Below are positions 36,250-48,200 of a stretch of DNA of 64,000 nucleotides, one piece after another. This DNA is from Monocercomonoides exilis PA203. Lineage: Eukaryota > Protista > Preaxostyla. The position numbers and the translations under genes were made by a program. Below the pieces are notes generated by a model, which saw nothing but the letters and a program-made list of their open reading frames with translations, was not told the DNA's origin and made no database searches. The stretch spans positions 1,054,001-1,118,000 of the forward strand of contig LSRY02000032.1 of NCBI GenBank assembly GCA_001643675.2, written 5' to 3'. How positions within the stretch are numbered: the first letter of the stretch is position 1; each line of letters opens with the position of its first letter.

Positions 36250-37700
36250 GATAATGTTGCAATTTGAAGACATACAAGAACGTCAATTATCCATCAGCCC
36301 TACAAACAAAAGCTCCAAGTCACTTGATAGAAATGCATCTGAAAGACCTTTTTCTTCTTCTCAGAATCTTCTTTAAGACTCACCGAATACTTTGACTTCT
36401 TCATTTTCACATTTTTCTGTGAGCATAATTCTAACCACATCTTCATCTGAGTGATCGTTCAATTTACCAATCAATCACCTTTTCGTTCTTTCTTCATTCA
36501 ATTTCTGCGAAGTCACTTTGGATTTCGTTGGAGGATGCAAAAACATATCAGGACTTATGACATTTCAATTTATTCTTCTTTTATTTTTGATACTTTTGCA
36601 AGAAATGAAAGACCAAATGGTTCTTCTTTTTCTTCTTCCTATTTTTCGTCTTCTTCGTCTCAGCGAGTCGTGGAGATGAAATGAAGAAAGAATTTTCCTT
36701 CATGTGTACCTTTTCCTAACATTCAGTTTCTGTGAAATATTAGAACGAACTGTTGACGAGTGATGTTGATTCCGTCAAATGCATATTTGAGATAATTTCT
36801 TCTTATTTGAGAATCATCTCTACAACTCCATTTGATGACCATCACGCGCACAAGTCTGTTGACTTATTGATGAATGAAACAATATCAACCTTATGTTTTG
36901 AACCTTCTTCAGAAATCCCATCACGCTGTGAATGCTCTTGCAAGGAATCTTTGATATCCTGCAATACACCTCTTTCACTCTCTATGTTCCATCGATATAC
37001 ACATTGTCAGCAACATATCCGTCGAAAAATATAAACAAGTCACATTTAAATCACCGAATATTTCTACATTTTCATGCCCAACAATCGAGTTGCCTTTCTG
37101 AGTGATGCTTCTCGTAGATGAGAACGTGGGCTCTTTCACAGAAGCGAAAGGGGATTTACACACAAAATACATATCTCTTTGACCGCTTCCGTGTTCACTC
37201 GCACACTTACTCACACAGAAGCCTGCGAACTTGGTGATAGTTAAAACGAGCTTCAAGAGTGGTTAATTGGAGTTGTTGGAGGAGTTGAGGGTGAGGTATA
37301 CGATGCAGGCATGTCTAAGAAAGATTCTGTCAGTTGTGAAGATAAAGAATAAACTGCTTTTGCAGCAAAAGAAAAACAGACTATTTTTGTGTTTGGAGAG
37401 AAATCATTTGTTGTTACGAGAAGGATGATGTCGAAAGGAATGATGTTGGAAGCTGACAGCTTCAACAATATTTTCAAAGGGTAATTTGGGTGATGCAGAT
37501 CGGAAAAGGAAGGACGAAAAGCGATGGATGGAGGATGAAGAGGGAATGGAAAATAATATGAAATAAAAAGAGAGAGGTAAAAAGAACGATCGAGCTATTA
37601 TTCTCATTGTTTGTTGTAGCTTTTGCATTTGATGGAACGTTTGATATGATTCCAGAACCTCTTAGCTTGAATGATGATAAGGCTTCTCTGTTTGAACAGA
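36250..37700. pseudogene. Scrambled relics of surface-protein-like coding sequence on both strands
   Basis: Minus-strand piece CASEHGSGQRDMYFVCKSPFASVKEPTFS..ITQKGNSIVG (36975-37256) abuts plus-strand piece LIGVVGGVEGEVYDAG..KE*TAFAAKE (about 37260-37465); stops and frameshifts throughout; GC raised above flanks. Confidence 0.45.
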
Positions 37701-39237
37701 AGAGCAAAAACGACTAGACAAATTGATTTATCTTTGGAAATCTTTATTTGAATATTTTTAAATACGTTTAAAATATCTTTGTTCTTTTTGTTTTGCTTTT
37801 CTTAAAATCAATATGGTTTGATATGTTTCAAATCTATCAAAAACATCTTATTGATGAAATCATTTTTCAGAAGCTTTTGATTTTCACTTGCAACCTTTCA
37901 TTTTTGATTTTTGCTGACTTTTTTCAAAAAAATGATCTTGAATTTCTCTCATTTTTTTTAACATTTGGCTTTTTCCCCCAAGTAAACACATCATCGAGAA
38001 TTATGCTCTGCATTAAATATTAAATCAAGAAAAAGATGATTCATTATTTTGAGGCTATTGTTGAAAAGTTAGAAGAGTATTTGAGATGATCCACAAGTTT
38101 AAAATATTGATAAATAACGCACAACTTTAATTTTCGAAATTATTTTCATAAAATTTTGTATGAACAATTTGATAAACAAATAAATATTTTACTGGAATTT
38201 GAAAAAATGGTGATTCTAACAAAAACCGCTGAACATAAAAAACCAATAAAATTAACATTTGTACTTAAAAAGCGATAAATTTCTCGGATTAAAGCAATTC
38301 AATAGAAAGCACATTTTACTAAAAATAAAATAAAATAAAATAAAATAAAATAAAAAATAAAATATAGAATAAAAAAACGAAGGGAAGTGAACTTTGTAAG
38401 AAAGAACTGAATGCCAATTTTTTACTATTGCGATTAAAAACATAAAATCTTCTTTAAACTCAAAAACATATTTATATTCATTAAAGTTGTTCAGTAGCAC
38501 TCTGAAAAAAGAATCCAATTTGTAAAGAAACATTCAAAATGTTGTGTCAAAAAGCATATCAAAACAAAACAAAAAAAGCAATGCAAGCTACATCTTTTTG
38601 AAACAAACAAAAATAAAAATTTGACGAATGGAAAATGGATTAGCAGTTGACATATTTCAAACACTGCTAACTCACAAAATTGAAGGGCAAGCACAAAACA
38701 ATCACACATTCACGTGAAGCATACATACAACAAAAAAGAATGATAACTGTCTGAATCTACATCATCATAAATAAAAACAGGAAACAAAAGCATCAAACAT
38801 GACCACACAAATAAAGTCGCACGTTGACGCTATTCTTTGGAACACTCTCGTCAAAAGCTCGCTTATACATTTAAATTACCCGTGTGTGCACAGAAAAAAA
38901 AAACGAAGCAAAAACAAATGTGTTGAACAATCAACATTTCTCAAAAGACAGAGAACCAATAAATATTACTGCGCATTGATTAAGCGAAAGTTGTAAAATG
39001 AATTTTAAGTTTTTTTTTTTCCTAAAGCAATGTTCATCCATCTCTCGATTATGAACAAGAATCATCAAACTCAGTTTTTGAGTAAGATCTAACAATTCTC
39101 ATTTTTGCTTCTCTGCCTACCACCCGACATTTCAACCACGTCTTTCTCTAAACCGTTCAAATTCCAGTAACTTCAAAAGCAAAGCACATGTCAAATCATC
39201 AACTGACTAATGTTACTCTCAAGGCGCTTCACAAGAA

Positions 39238-42200
39238 TCAATAATAATGAGACTGCATATACGAATCGCCTACAAACTGAGAGGGACTCTTCGGCTGTTT
39301 TGGCTGTCCGTACTGCCTTCTTTGCAATGGCTTGCTTGGAAACTTGTAGTCATCCATATAGTCATCGTCAGCCATCGTAGCATCGCCTGCTCCCATCATC
39401 CCCATCCCGTCATCGTGATAGAACCCTTCCAGTTCAGGCGATTCCTCCTCAATTCCTTGGTAGTAATCCACACGCCCCAACATGCATTCTGGGAGTTCTT
39501 CCTCTTCCTCTGCGACCCATGCTGTTCTCTGAGGCATCGGCGATTGCAGAGTGCTCTTCTTCTTCTTCTTCTTCGGCTTCGCTCCAATAGAAGTCATCGA
39601 CGCTTCGCCTATCAATGCACTCTCAGGTCGAATAATTGGCGATCTGGTTCTTTTGAGCCACTTCCTCTGCTGCTCCTCCTCTTCTCTCTGCATCTCTTCC
39701 CTCAGCTTTTCCTCTTCTCTCCTCATCTTCTCCAGCTGCTTCTCAATATCCCTCTTTTTCTCTTCCACAAGCTCTCTTTCCTTCATCTGCTGCTCCCGCG
39801 CCTTTCGCTGCTTCTCCTTCAGCTCTGCCTCGGCCCTCTTCTTCCTCTCCCTCTCTTCCGCCAGCATCGCATCGTGCTGCTTCTTCAGCTGCCGCTCCTC
39901 CGCCTCTGCCATCGAGTCGCGTTGCTCCTTCATCTGCTGGAACTCCAGCCGCATCCGCGCTGCCTCCCGCTTCTTCTGCTCAATCAGACGCAGCTGCTCC
40001 ACCTGCGTCTGTGTCACTGGACGTGTTCGCAAAGGAGACTTTGTCGGTGTTCTTGCGCGCTGCTTTGACTGCGACGGGCCTTTTCTTGACGGAGAAACAG
40101 GAGAAGGCGCCTCAGCCGAGTGAGTGTACGGAGAGGAAAGCGAAGACGATGAGACAGCGTAGGAAAAAGTGGAATGGAATGGCTTTTTTGTGCTTTCTGT
40201 TTCTCTCAAGCGAGGATGTGTTGACGGCCACGAGGTCTGTGGGCGAGCGCGCGGGAGAGGAGAGCTCCTGCGCATGGGAATTGTGTCAAATGTGGACAGC
40301 TGGCGCTCCTGGAAGTGACTTGTGTCATACTGGTCGTCAATTGGTATGCTCTCAAAATCGTCTTCCTCATCGTCACCCAGCTTCTGCCAGCTTTCCATTG
40401 TGTGGAACAGATCGTATTCATCGCTCCCGTACAGGGAATTTGTAGCGCTGCCTGTTTGCTGCTGCAGCGAACGAACCTGTTTCTGCTTTTTAGGTGATGT
40501 TGCACCAGATTTCCGTGTCTCACCAGAAACGGTGGCTGGGCGCACTGAAGACAGTGCCAGCATCTTTTCTCTGTTTGCCCGCTCTTTCTCGATTTCTCGA
40601 CGGATTCTCGCTTGCTCCTTCTCCTTCTTCAGCCGCATCACACGCTGCTGCATCTGCTTCAGCTGCCGTTCTGCTTCCGTCACATCCTTCCACTTTGCCG
40701 GGGCAGCTGGGGTTGAGCCATTCGAACCATTTGAACCAGACGAGCGCTGATTCGACTTGCTCGAGCGCAAAGAGCTGGAAGCAGTGGTTGAGCGTGGGGG
40801 AGGAGATGCCAATGAAACAGGGCCAGAAGAAGCTGAAGGAAAAGAGGAAGACGAAGAGGTGGAAGGCGACAGAACAGATGGAGATTGTTGGAATGATGTT
40901 TGCCTGCTTTGCAAAGGAGTCTGCTGTGAAACAGAAGAAACGGATGCTCTTTGTGACGACTTCAGCTTTCGTGATGGAGATTTTGCTGAACGTTGTGGAT
41001 GCATTTCACTCTGATACTGTTGTTGTTGCTGCTGCTGCTGTTGTTGCTGTTGCAATTGCAGTTGTTCAGCTTGCAGTTGATATTCCTGTTCTTGAAGTGG
41101 CTGTTCAGTGTGTTCAAAAGAAGGAGGATTCAACATCATGTCCAAACTGTCCCGTCTGTTTTGGGTGGAATCATCTGTAACACTTTTTGCTGGCATCTTC
41201 TGAGAATCAGAGAGAAACGGCTTTGGCTTCTTGCGCGTGGCCTCCACATACTGTGCATTGTACACCTCCATCAGCCTCTCCTTCTGCAGATCCCGCACAC
41301 GCTTCATTCGCCGCTCTGTGCTCTTCATCCTCTTCGACCTCCCTTCGCTCTTCTCAGCCGCATTCAGCTGCAGACGATGCGGCATTTCTGCCTGAGAAGA
41401 CGAAGACTCCATCACATTTGCAGCAGATGCAGGCACAGCACTTGCGTCAGACGGAGGAGAAAGAGGTGCCGTTTTGACATCAGACAGATAGGACACTGCA
41501 GCTGGCTTGGCTATTTTGTGATGTGTTCCTGTGGATGGCCTCGTTTGGGGTGCGGAGAGAGACACAATTCGATAGTAGTTCCTGTTTTCGGGCGTTTTCT
41601 GTGTGGAATAAGGAGAATCTTCAGAGTTGTCTTCAGAAAATGCTGGAATGACTGGCGATGCTGTTTTCACTCCCCGCTTTGGATTCTCATCGTTCATTGA
41701 AGCAATCACAGGCTGCCTGGTTTTCATCCTTTGCGGTGCTCGTTCAGGCAGATTGGATGCTCTGAGAGCAGAAGTTGTTAGTGTGGGGGATGAGGAGGAG
41801 GAGGAGGAAACAGTGTGATATGCAGGCGATGAAGATGCATTTCCTGTTTGGTGCTGATGTGGCTCCTCATTGAATGAAGGGGCATTTCCTGTGTTTGTGC
41901 TGTTGCGTGTGGAGCGTATGGGAATGGTGGTGATGGATGTTGTCATCGACTCCTGTGAATTCTGTTGTTTTCGATGTTGAATGTTCGGTCCACTGAAAAT
42001 GTAATCAGATTCACTCGGAGGAGATGAGTTGTGTGAAGATGGAGGGAAATGAGGATTTGACTGGAACAGGTTGTTGACAGCAACAGAATCCGCAGAAGGC
42101 GCAACGGAAGAAGGTGCTTGGGTGAAGTGAGTTTGCTGATGGGAGTGATGTGGCTGATAGGAAGAGGCAGAATTCAGGGAATCAGATAGAATGTTCTGCT

Positions 42201-45200
42201 CAGCAAAGGATGTCTGCGAGTGAAGTGGAGGAGAAGAAGCCAGAGAGAACGAGGCGTGTGAAGATAAAGTGGAGGAAGAGTTGAGTGAAGTGTTGGCGTT
42301 TGAATAAGACAGCTGGCGCTGATGTTGATGTTGTTGATGATTCTGAGGTGTGTGGTGAGATGATGGGGCGGTTGCATTCAGTGGAGCAGATGAATCGCCG
42401 AACTGACAAGAGAAAGAAGGCGAGGGTGATGAAGAAGCAGAAGGTGAAATGCGGATGGGCGTCTGTTGAGAAGAATAAGAAACAGGGGTGTGATGTGAAG
42501 GTTGATGCGATGAAGTGTTTGAATGAATGGCAGAGTTGTTGGCAGAAGCAGAAGAAGTGTTTGACCCATTCGTCATTAAAAGTGGATTCGGAGTTGGCTC
42601 ATTGTACAAACTGAGAGAAGAAGTAGAGAGAGAAGTCAGTGTCTTTGCAGAAGGAGAGGCAGAGAGGGACTCAGGTGTCGCAACCTCCGAACTGGCTGGT
42701 CTGGGTGACGACGCAAGCGAACCAAAGCCGACTTTCAGTGGGCCAGCTGAGTCAGAAGTGAGGCTGCGTTTGAGTTTTGAGGCGTTGTTTGTGGAGTGAG
42801 GAAGGGTGCTGTCAGAGCTCAGCCGCAGGAGATGGGATTTGGACTGTGCTGGATGCGTCTGGCGGATCTGGCCGAGGGAGAACGAGTTGTTGCGGATGGC
42901 ATACGCTGGCGGCTTGCTGGTTGAAGGAGACGAGCGAAGAGTGGAAGCTCCAGAGTGGATGGGTGTTTGCAGAGCAGCAGCAGAACTATAAGGCGAGTCA
43001 CCCTCAGAGAATGTGTCAGAGGGTGGTGAAGGGTCGAGAGATGAAGAAGAGGCATCAGGTGGTTCTGATGATGGCTGTTGTGCTTGAGTGTCTGTGATGG
43101 CTGTGGAAGTTGAAAGAGCATTCATCTGCTCAAATTTCAAGCTCTCCAAAGATGAGTCAGAATCCTGTTGTTGTTTGATCTGCTCTGAAGGAGCATCAGA
43201 TGAAGAGAGTTGTGAATGCGAAGATTGTTCAGAAGCGTTTGAAGAAGACACATTCATCTGCTCGTTCCGCTCATCAGCAATTTCAGCAGAAGAATGACTG
43301 AAAGAGCTTCCATGGATTTCTCTCTCTTTTGCTTCCACATCTCCTTCTCCTTCTCCTTCTCCTTCATCTCCTTGTTCTTCATCGAATTGCTCATTCTCAT
43401 CAGCCACACTCATTCTGTCATCGTCCAACATGATTGGCACATCGAAGTCTCCAGTCAGTTCGCCTGGTTTCTTCGCATAGCCCCGCCAGTCGTAGTGGCC
43501 TCTGCTGGTGAGCTCTCCCTGCGCACCTGAAGGCTCCTCATACACTCGCTGTGTCATATCGCCATCTTCTATTCCACACACACTCAGCTCAAAATCTCCT
43601 GTCAATTGTCCTGCTTTGATCGGATAGCCATGCTCGTTGTAATGTCCTTTTTGGCTGTCTTCTTGTTCATCTGCATCTTCTTCATTGTCCAACACTGAAA
43701 CATTTAGTTCTACCTCCCCCGTCACTTCCCCTGCTTCTATTGCATATCCAGCTTCATTGTAATGCCCTTTTCTCTTTGCTTTCTCTTCTTTCACTTCTTC
43801 TCGTTTGAATTCTCTTTCTTTCGTTTCTTCTTCAATATCTTCCTCGTTATCCAGCATTACCATATTCATCTCCACTTCTCCAGTCACTTCTCCTGCCTCA
43901 ATTGCATATCCTGCTTCATTATAGTGATCTTTCTTTGTCTTTTCTTCTGCATATTCTTCTGTCTCATTTTCTTCATCCTCATCCAATCCAAAGTCCATCT
44001 CCATCTCTCCTGTCACCTCCCCTGCTTTGATCGCATATCCTGCTTCGTTGTAATGTTCCCTCTTCTTCTTCTCTTCATCTTCATCCTCTTCTTCTTCTTC
44101 ACCATCCCCAAATTGCACATTCATTTCAATCTCCCCTGTCACCTCCCCTGCTTTCGTTGCATATCCAAACTCATTGTAAATGTCTCCATGTGTCTTCGAT
44201 GATGCAACTTCCACACTTCCTTTCATGCAAAAGCTCCTTTCCTTCGCAGTTTCATCTTTCTCTTCTTTCTCTTCATCCTTCTCCTTCTCCTTCTCCTTCT
44301 CCTTTTCCTTTTGTTTCATCCTCTCCTGCCTCCTTCGTGCAAGTTCTTCTTGTGCTTTCTTGATCTCCTCTTCTTCCTCTTTGCTCACCTCCACACGAAG
44401 CTCTTCTTCCACAGCTCCATTTCCTGCGCCCCTTTCCTTCATCTTCCTCTCTCTTTCCTTCCACTTCTCTTCTGTCTTCTTCCTCTCCTCCACAATTGCT
44501 GAAATCTTCATAAACGCTGCTCTGAATTCTTCTGCCTGCTTCTCCTGCTCTTCTGGAGTCATCTCATTGTTCTCCTTCTCCTTATCATTATCCTTATCCT
44601 TATCCTCTGAATTTAAGTCTTCTCCATTCTCGTTTGTTTCATCTTTCGCATCCTCTTCTTTTAATTCTTGGACTCCATCTTTCTCCAAACTCTTGTTGCT
44701 TTGTGTCTGTCTGTCTGATAACAGTTCGGGTTCAATTGTTTCCGAAAACTCTTCTCCGATGATCTGTTCAGTTCTTGCTGTTTCTGTCCCACTCGAAAGT
44801 GTTTCACTGTCCCATGACCCAGCAATGCTGATGTCAAAATCTCCTGTCACTTTCCCTTCTTCTGTCACTCGCTCAACTTCTTCCATTCCTTCCACTGTCA
44901 AATACGCTGCTGACTTCTTCCGTGCAAGTTTCAACCAGTTGCTCAGCCCACCCATGATCGAGAATGTGGCTGCTGACATCCCTTTGTTCTCTTCTTCCTC
45001 TTTCTTCTTCTTTTTCTCTTCTTCTTTCTGTTTTGCTTCCTTCTCTTTTGCATCATTCGTCATTCGCGATGGCGTTCGCACAATCCCCATCCTCTTCTCA
45101 ATCAGTCTCTGTTGAATGATCTTCTGATATTCTCTGTCCTCATCTGTAAACTCATCATCATCCTGAAGTGCTGATATCATGTTGGAAAGTGTTAAGGCTT

Positions 45201-48200
45201 GTTTTTCGCTCTCTTTTGGTTGTTCTGAAGTGGATGGTTCATTCTCTTCTTTTGATTCTGTGCTTTCTTCTTTCTCTTTGCCTTCTTCAGAGTTCTGTTT
45301 ATTTGAAATAGATTCTGAATGGTTCTGTTCATTCAAAGGTTGATCTGCTGATTCTTGTTGCTCTGATGAGGCAGAAGATGTGTTTTGCTCTTCAGCTGAT
45401 TCATTTTCATTGAAAGAAGAATTCTCCTCAGATGTGTTATTCCAATCTCTTTCCACTATCTCTCCTTCTTTTCTTCCTTCTCCCACTTCTTCCTCTCTCG
45501 CATCTTCATTTCTTGTCTCTTCATCTTCTTCATTTCCACTTCCACTTCCATTTTCTCTCTCAGTCAGCATTCCTGGAAGCGACATGTCAAACATCCCAGT
45601 GATCTGCCCTGGCGCAACTGGATATCCAAGTTCATTGAAGTGCTCCTGTTTGTAATGCTCGATGTCTTCCACAAGAAGTTCTGTGCCTTTTTTGCTGCTG
45701 TTCTCATCCTCCCCATCTTCTGAGTCTTCCTCCGGCAGAGCCAGCTCAAATGCCCCGGTGAGATGTCCAGGCTTCTTGGAATAGCCTCTCTCGTCGTAGA
45801 TGTCATCTTCCTCATTCTTTGCTCTTTCATCGGCTCCTTCTTCTCTTTGTCTTTGTCTTTGTCTTTCTTCTTTGTCTTCTTCTTCTTCTTCTTCTTCAGC
45901 CACAAAATCACCGCTGAGTTGCACCTCAAAGTCACCTGTGACTGTCCCACTCTGTTTGGGATATCCGTGTTCATCATACAGAACATGCGCTGTCTCACTG
46001 GTTGCTGGCAATGTGCTGCCTGACACATCTTTTGGTGTCTCGTTCTGTGTTTGTGTGGACAGATGAATGAAGTCTTGCTGAGCTGTCTGTTTGAGTGGCT
46101 CTTCTGATGTTTCTGTTGTGCTTGTTTGTTGCTTAGCAGCTGATGATGACGAGTCAAGTGACGATGGAGACGAATTGTTTGCTAACCTGGCTTGTCTTTC
46201 TTTCCTTCTCCGAGCAAGTTCTTCTTGTGCTTTCTTGATCTCCTCTTCTTCCTCTTTGCTCACCTCCACACGAAGCTCTTCTTCCACAGCTCCATTTCCT
46301 GCGCCCCTTTCCTTCATCTTCCTCTCTCTTTCCTTCCACTTCTCTTCTGTCTTCTTCCTCTCCTCCACAATTGCTGAAATCTTCATAAACGCTGCTCTGA
46401 ATTCTTCTGCCTGCTTCTCCTGCTCTTCTGGAGTCATTTCTTCACTTTCTTTTTCCTTTTGATCGAGTTTTTTCTCATTGTTTTCGAACTGTTCTTTATC
46501 TATCTTTTTCTCTTCTTCCTCCTCTTTCTCTCTTCTTTCCATTTTCTCCTCGCTACTTTCGAGTGCAAGTGGCAGCTTCTCTAAGCTAATTCCCTGTTCT
46601 TCGCTCAATGCACACTTCAATGCTTGATCTTCTGACAGCTGGTCAACAATGATCTGTTCAGTTCTTGCTGTTTCTGTCCCACTCGAAAGTGTTTCACTGT
46701 CCCATGACCCAGCAATGCTGATGTCAAAATCTCCTGTCACTTTCCCTTCTTCTGTCACTCGCTCAACTTCTTCCATTCCTTCCACTGTCAAATACGCTGC
46801 TGACTTCTTCCGTGCAAGTTTCAACCAGTTGCTCAGCCCACCCATGATCGAGAATGTGGCTGCTGACATCCCTTTGTTCTCTTCTTCCTCTTTCTTCTTC
46901 TTTTTCTCTTCTTCTTTCTGTTTTGCTTCCTTCTCTTTTGCATCATTCGTCATTCGCGATGGCGTTCGCACAATCCCCATCCTCTTCTCAATCAGTCTCT
47001 GTTGAATGATCTTCTGATATTCTCTGTCCTCATCTGTAAACTCATCATCATCCTGAAGTGCTGATATCATGTTAGACAGAGTTAATGCTTGCTTTTCACT
47101 TTCCTTCTTTTCGTTTGTTTCTGCAACATCTGACTTCGCTTCTTCCTCTCTTTCAGAAGTTGTGTGCTCTTCATTCACATCATTGTTATCTGTTGCATTT
47201 TCTTCATTGGCTTTGTTGTTACTTTGCTCACTCTGCGCTGATTCTTCTGTTTCTTCTTCTTTGTTTTGTTCACTTGTGTTTAAAGCAGGCTCTTCTTCGT
47301 ATCTGCTTCTCTGTGTTACGTCACCATCTTCTATTCCACAAACACTCAACTCCATTTCTCCTGTCACCTTTCCTTGTTGAATTGCATACCCAAACTCATT
47401 ATAATGTCCCCTTTTACCATCCTTCTTTCCTTCCTCATTTGTTTCGTCCTCTTCCTCTCCTTCTTCATCATCCATCTCCATCACACTCAATTCAACATCG
47501 CCAGTCACCTTTCCTTCTTCAATTGCATATCCAGCTTCATTGTAATGCCCTTTTCTCTTTGCTTTCTCTTCTTTCACTTCTTCTCGTTTGAATTCTCTTT
47601 CTTTCGTTTCTTCTTCAATATCTTCCTCGTTATCCAGCATTACCATATTCATCTCCACTTCTCCAGTCACTTCTCCTGCCTCAATTGCATATCCTGCTTC
47701 ATTATAGTGATCTTTCTTTGTCTTTTCTTCTGCATATTCTTCTGTCTCATTTTCTTCATCCTCATCCAATCCAAAGTCCATCTCCATCTCTCCTGTCACC
47801 TCCCCTGCTTTGATCGCATATCCTGCTTCGTTGTAATGTTCCCTCTTCTTCTTCTCTTCATCTTCATCCTCTTCTTCTTCTTCACCATCCCCAAATTGCA
47901 CATTCATTTCAATCTCCCCTGTCACCTCCCCTGCTTTCGTTGCATATCCAAACTCATTGTAAATGTCTCCATGTGTCTTCGATGATGCAACTTCCACACT
48001 TCCTTTCATGCAAAAGCTCCTTTCCTTCGCAGTTTCATCTTTCTCTTCTTTCTCTTCATCCTTCTCCTTCTCCTTCTCCTTCTCCTTTTCCTTTTGTTTC
48101 ATCCTCTCCTGCCTCCTTCGTGCAAGTTCTTCTTGTGCTTTCTTGATCTCCTCTTCTTCCTCTTTGCTCACCTCCACACGAAGCTCTTCTTCCACAGCTC

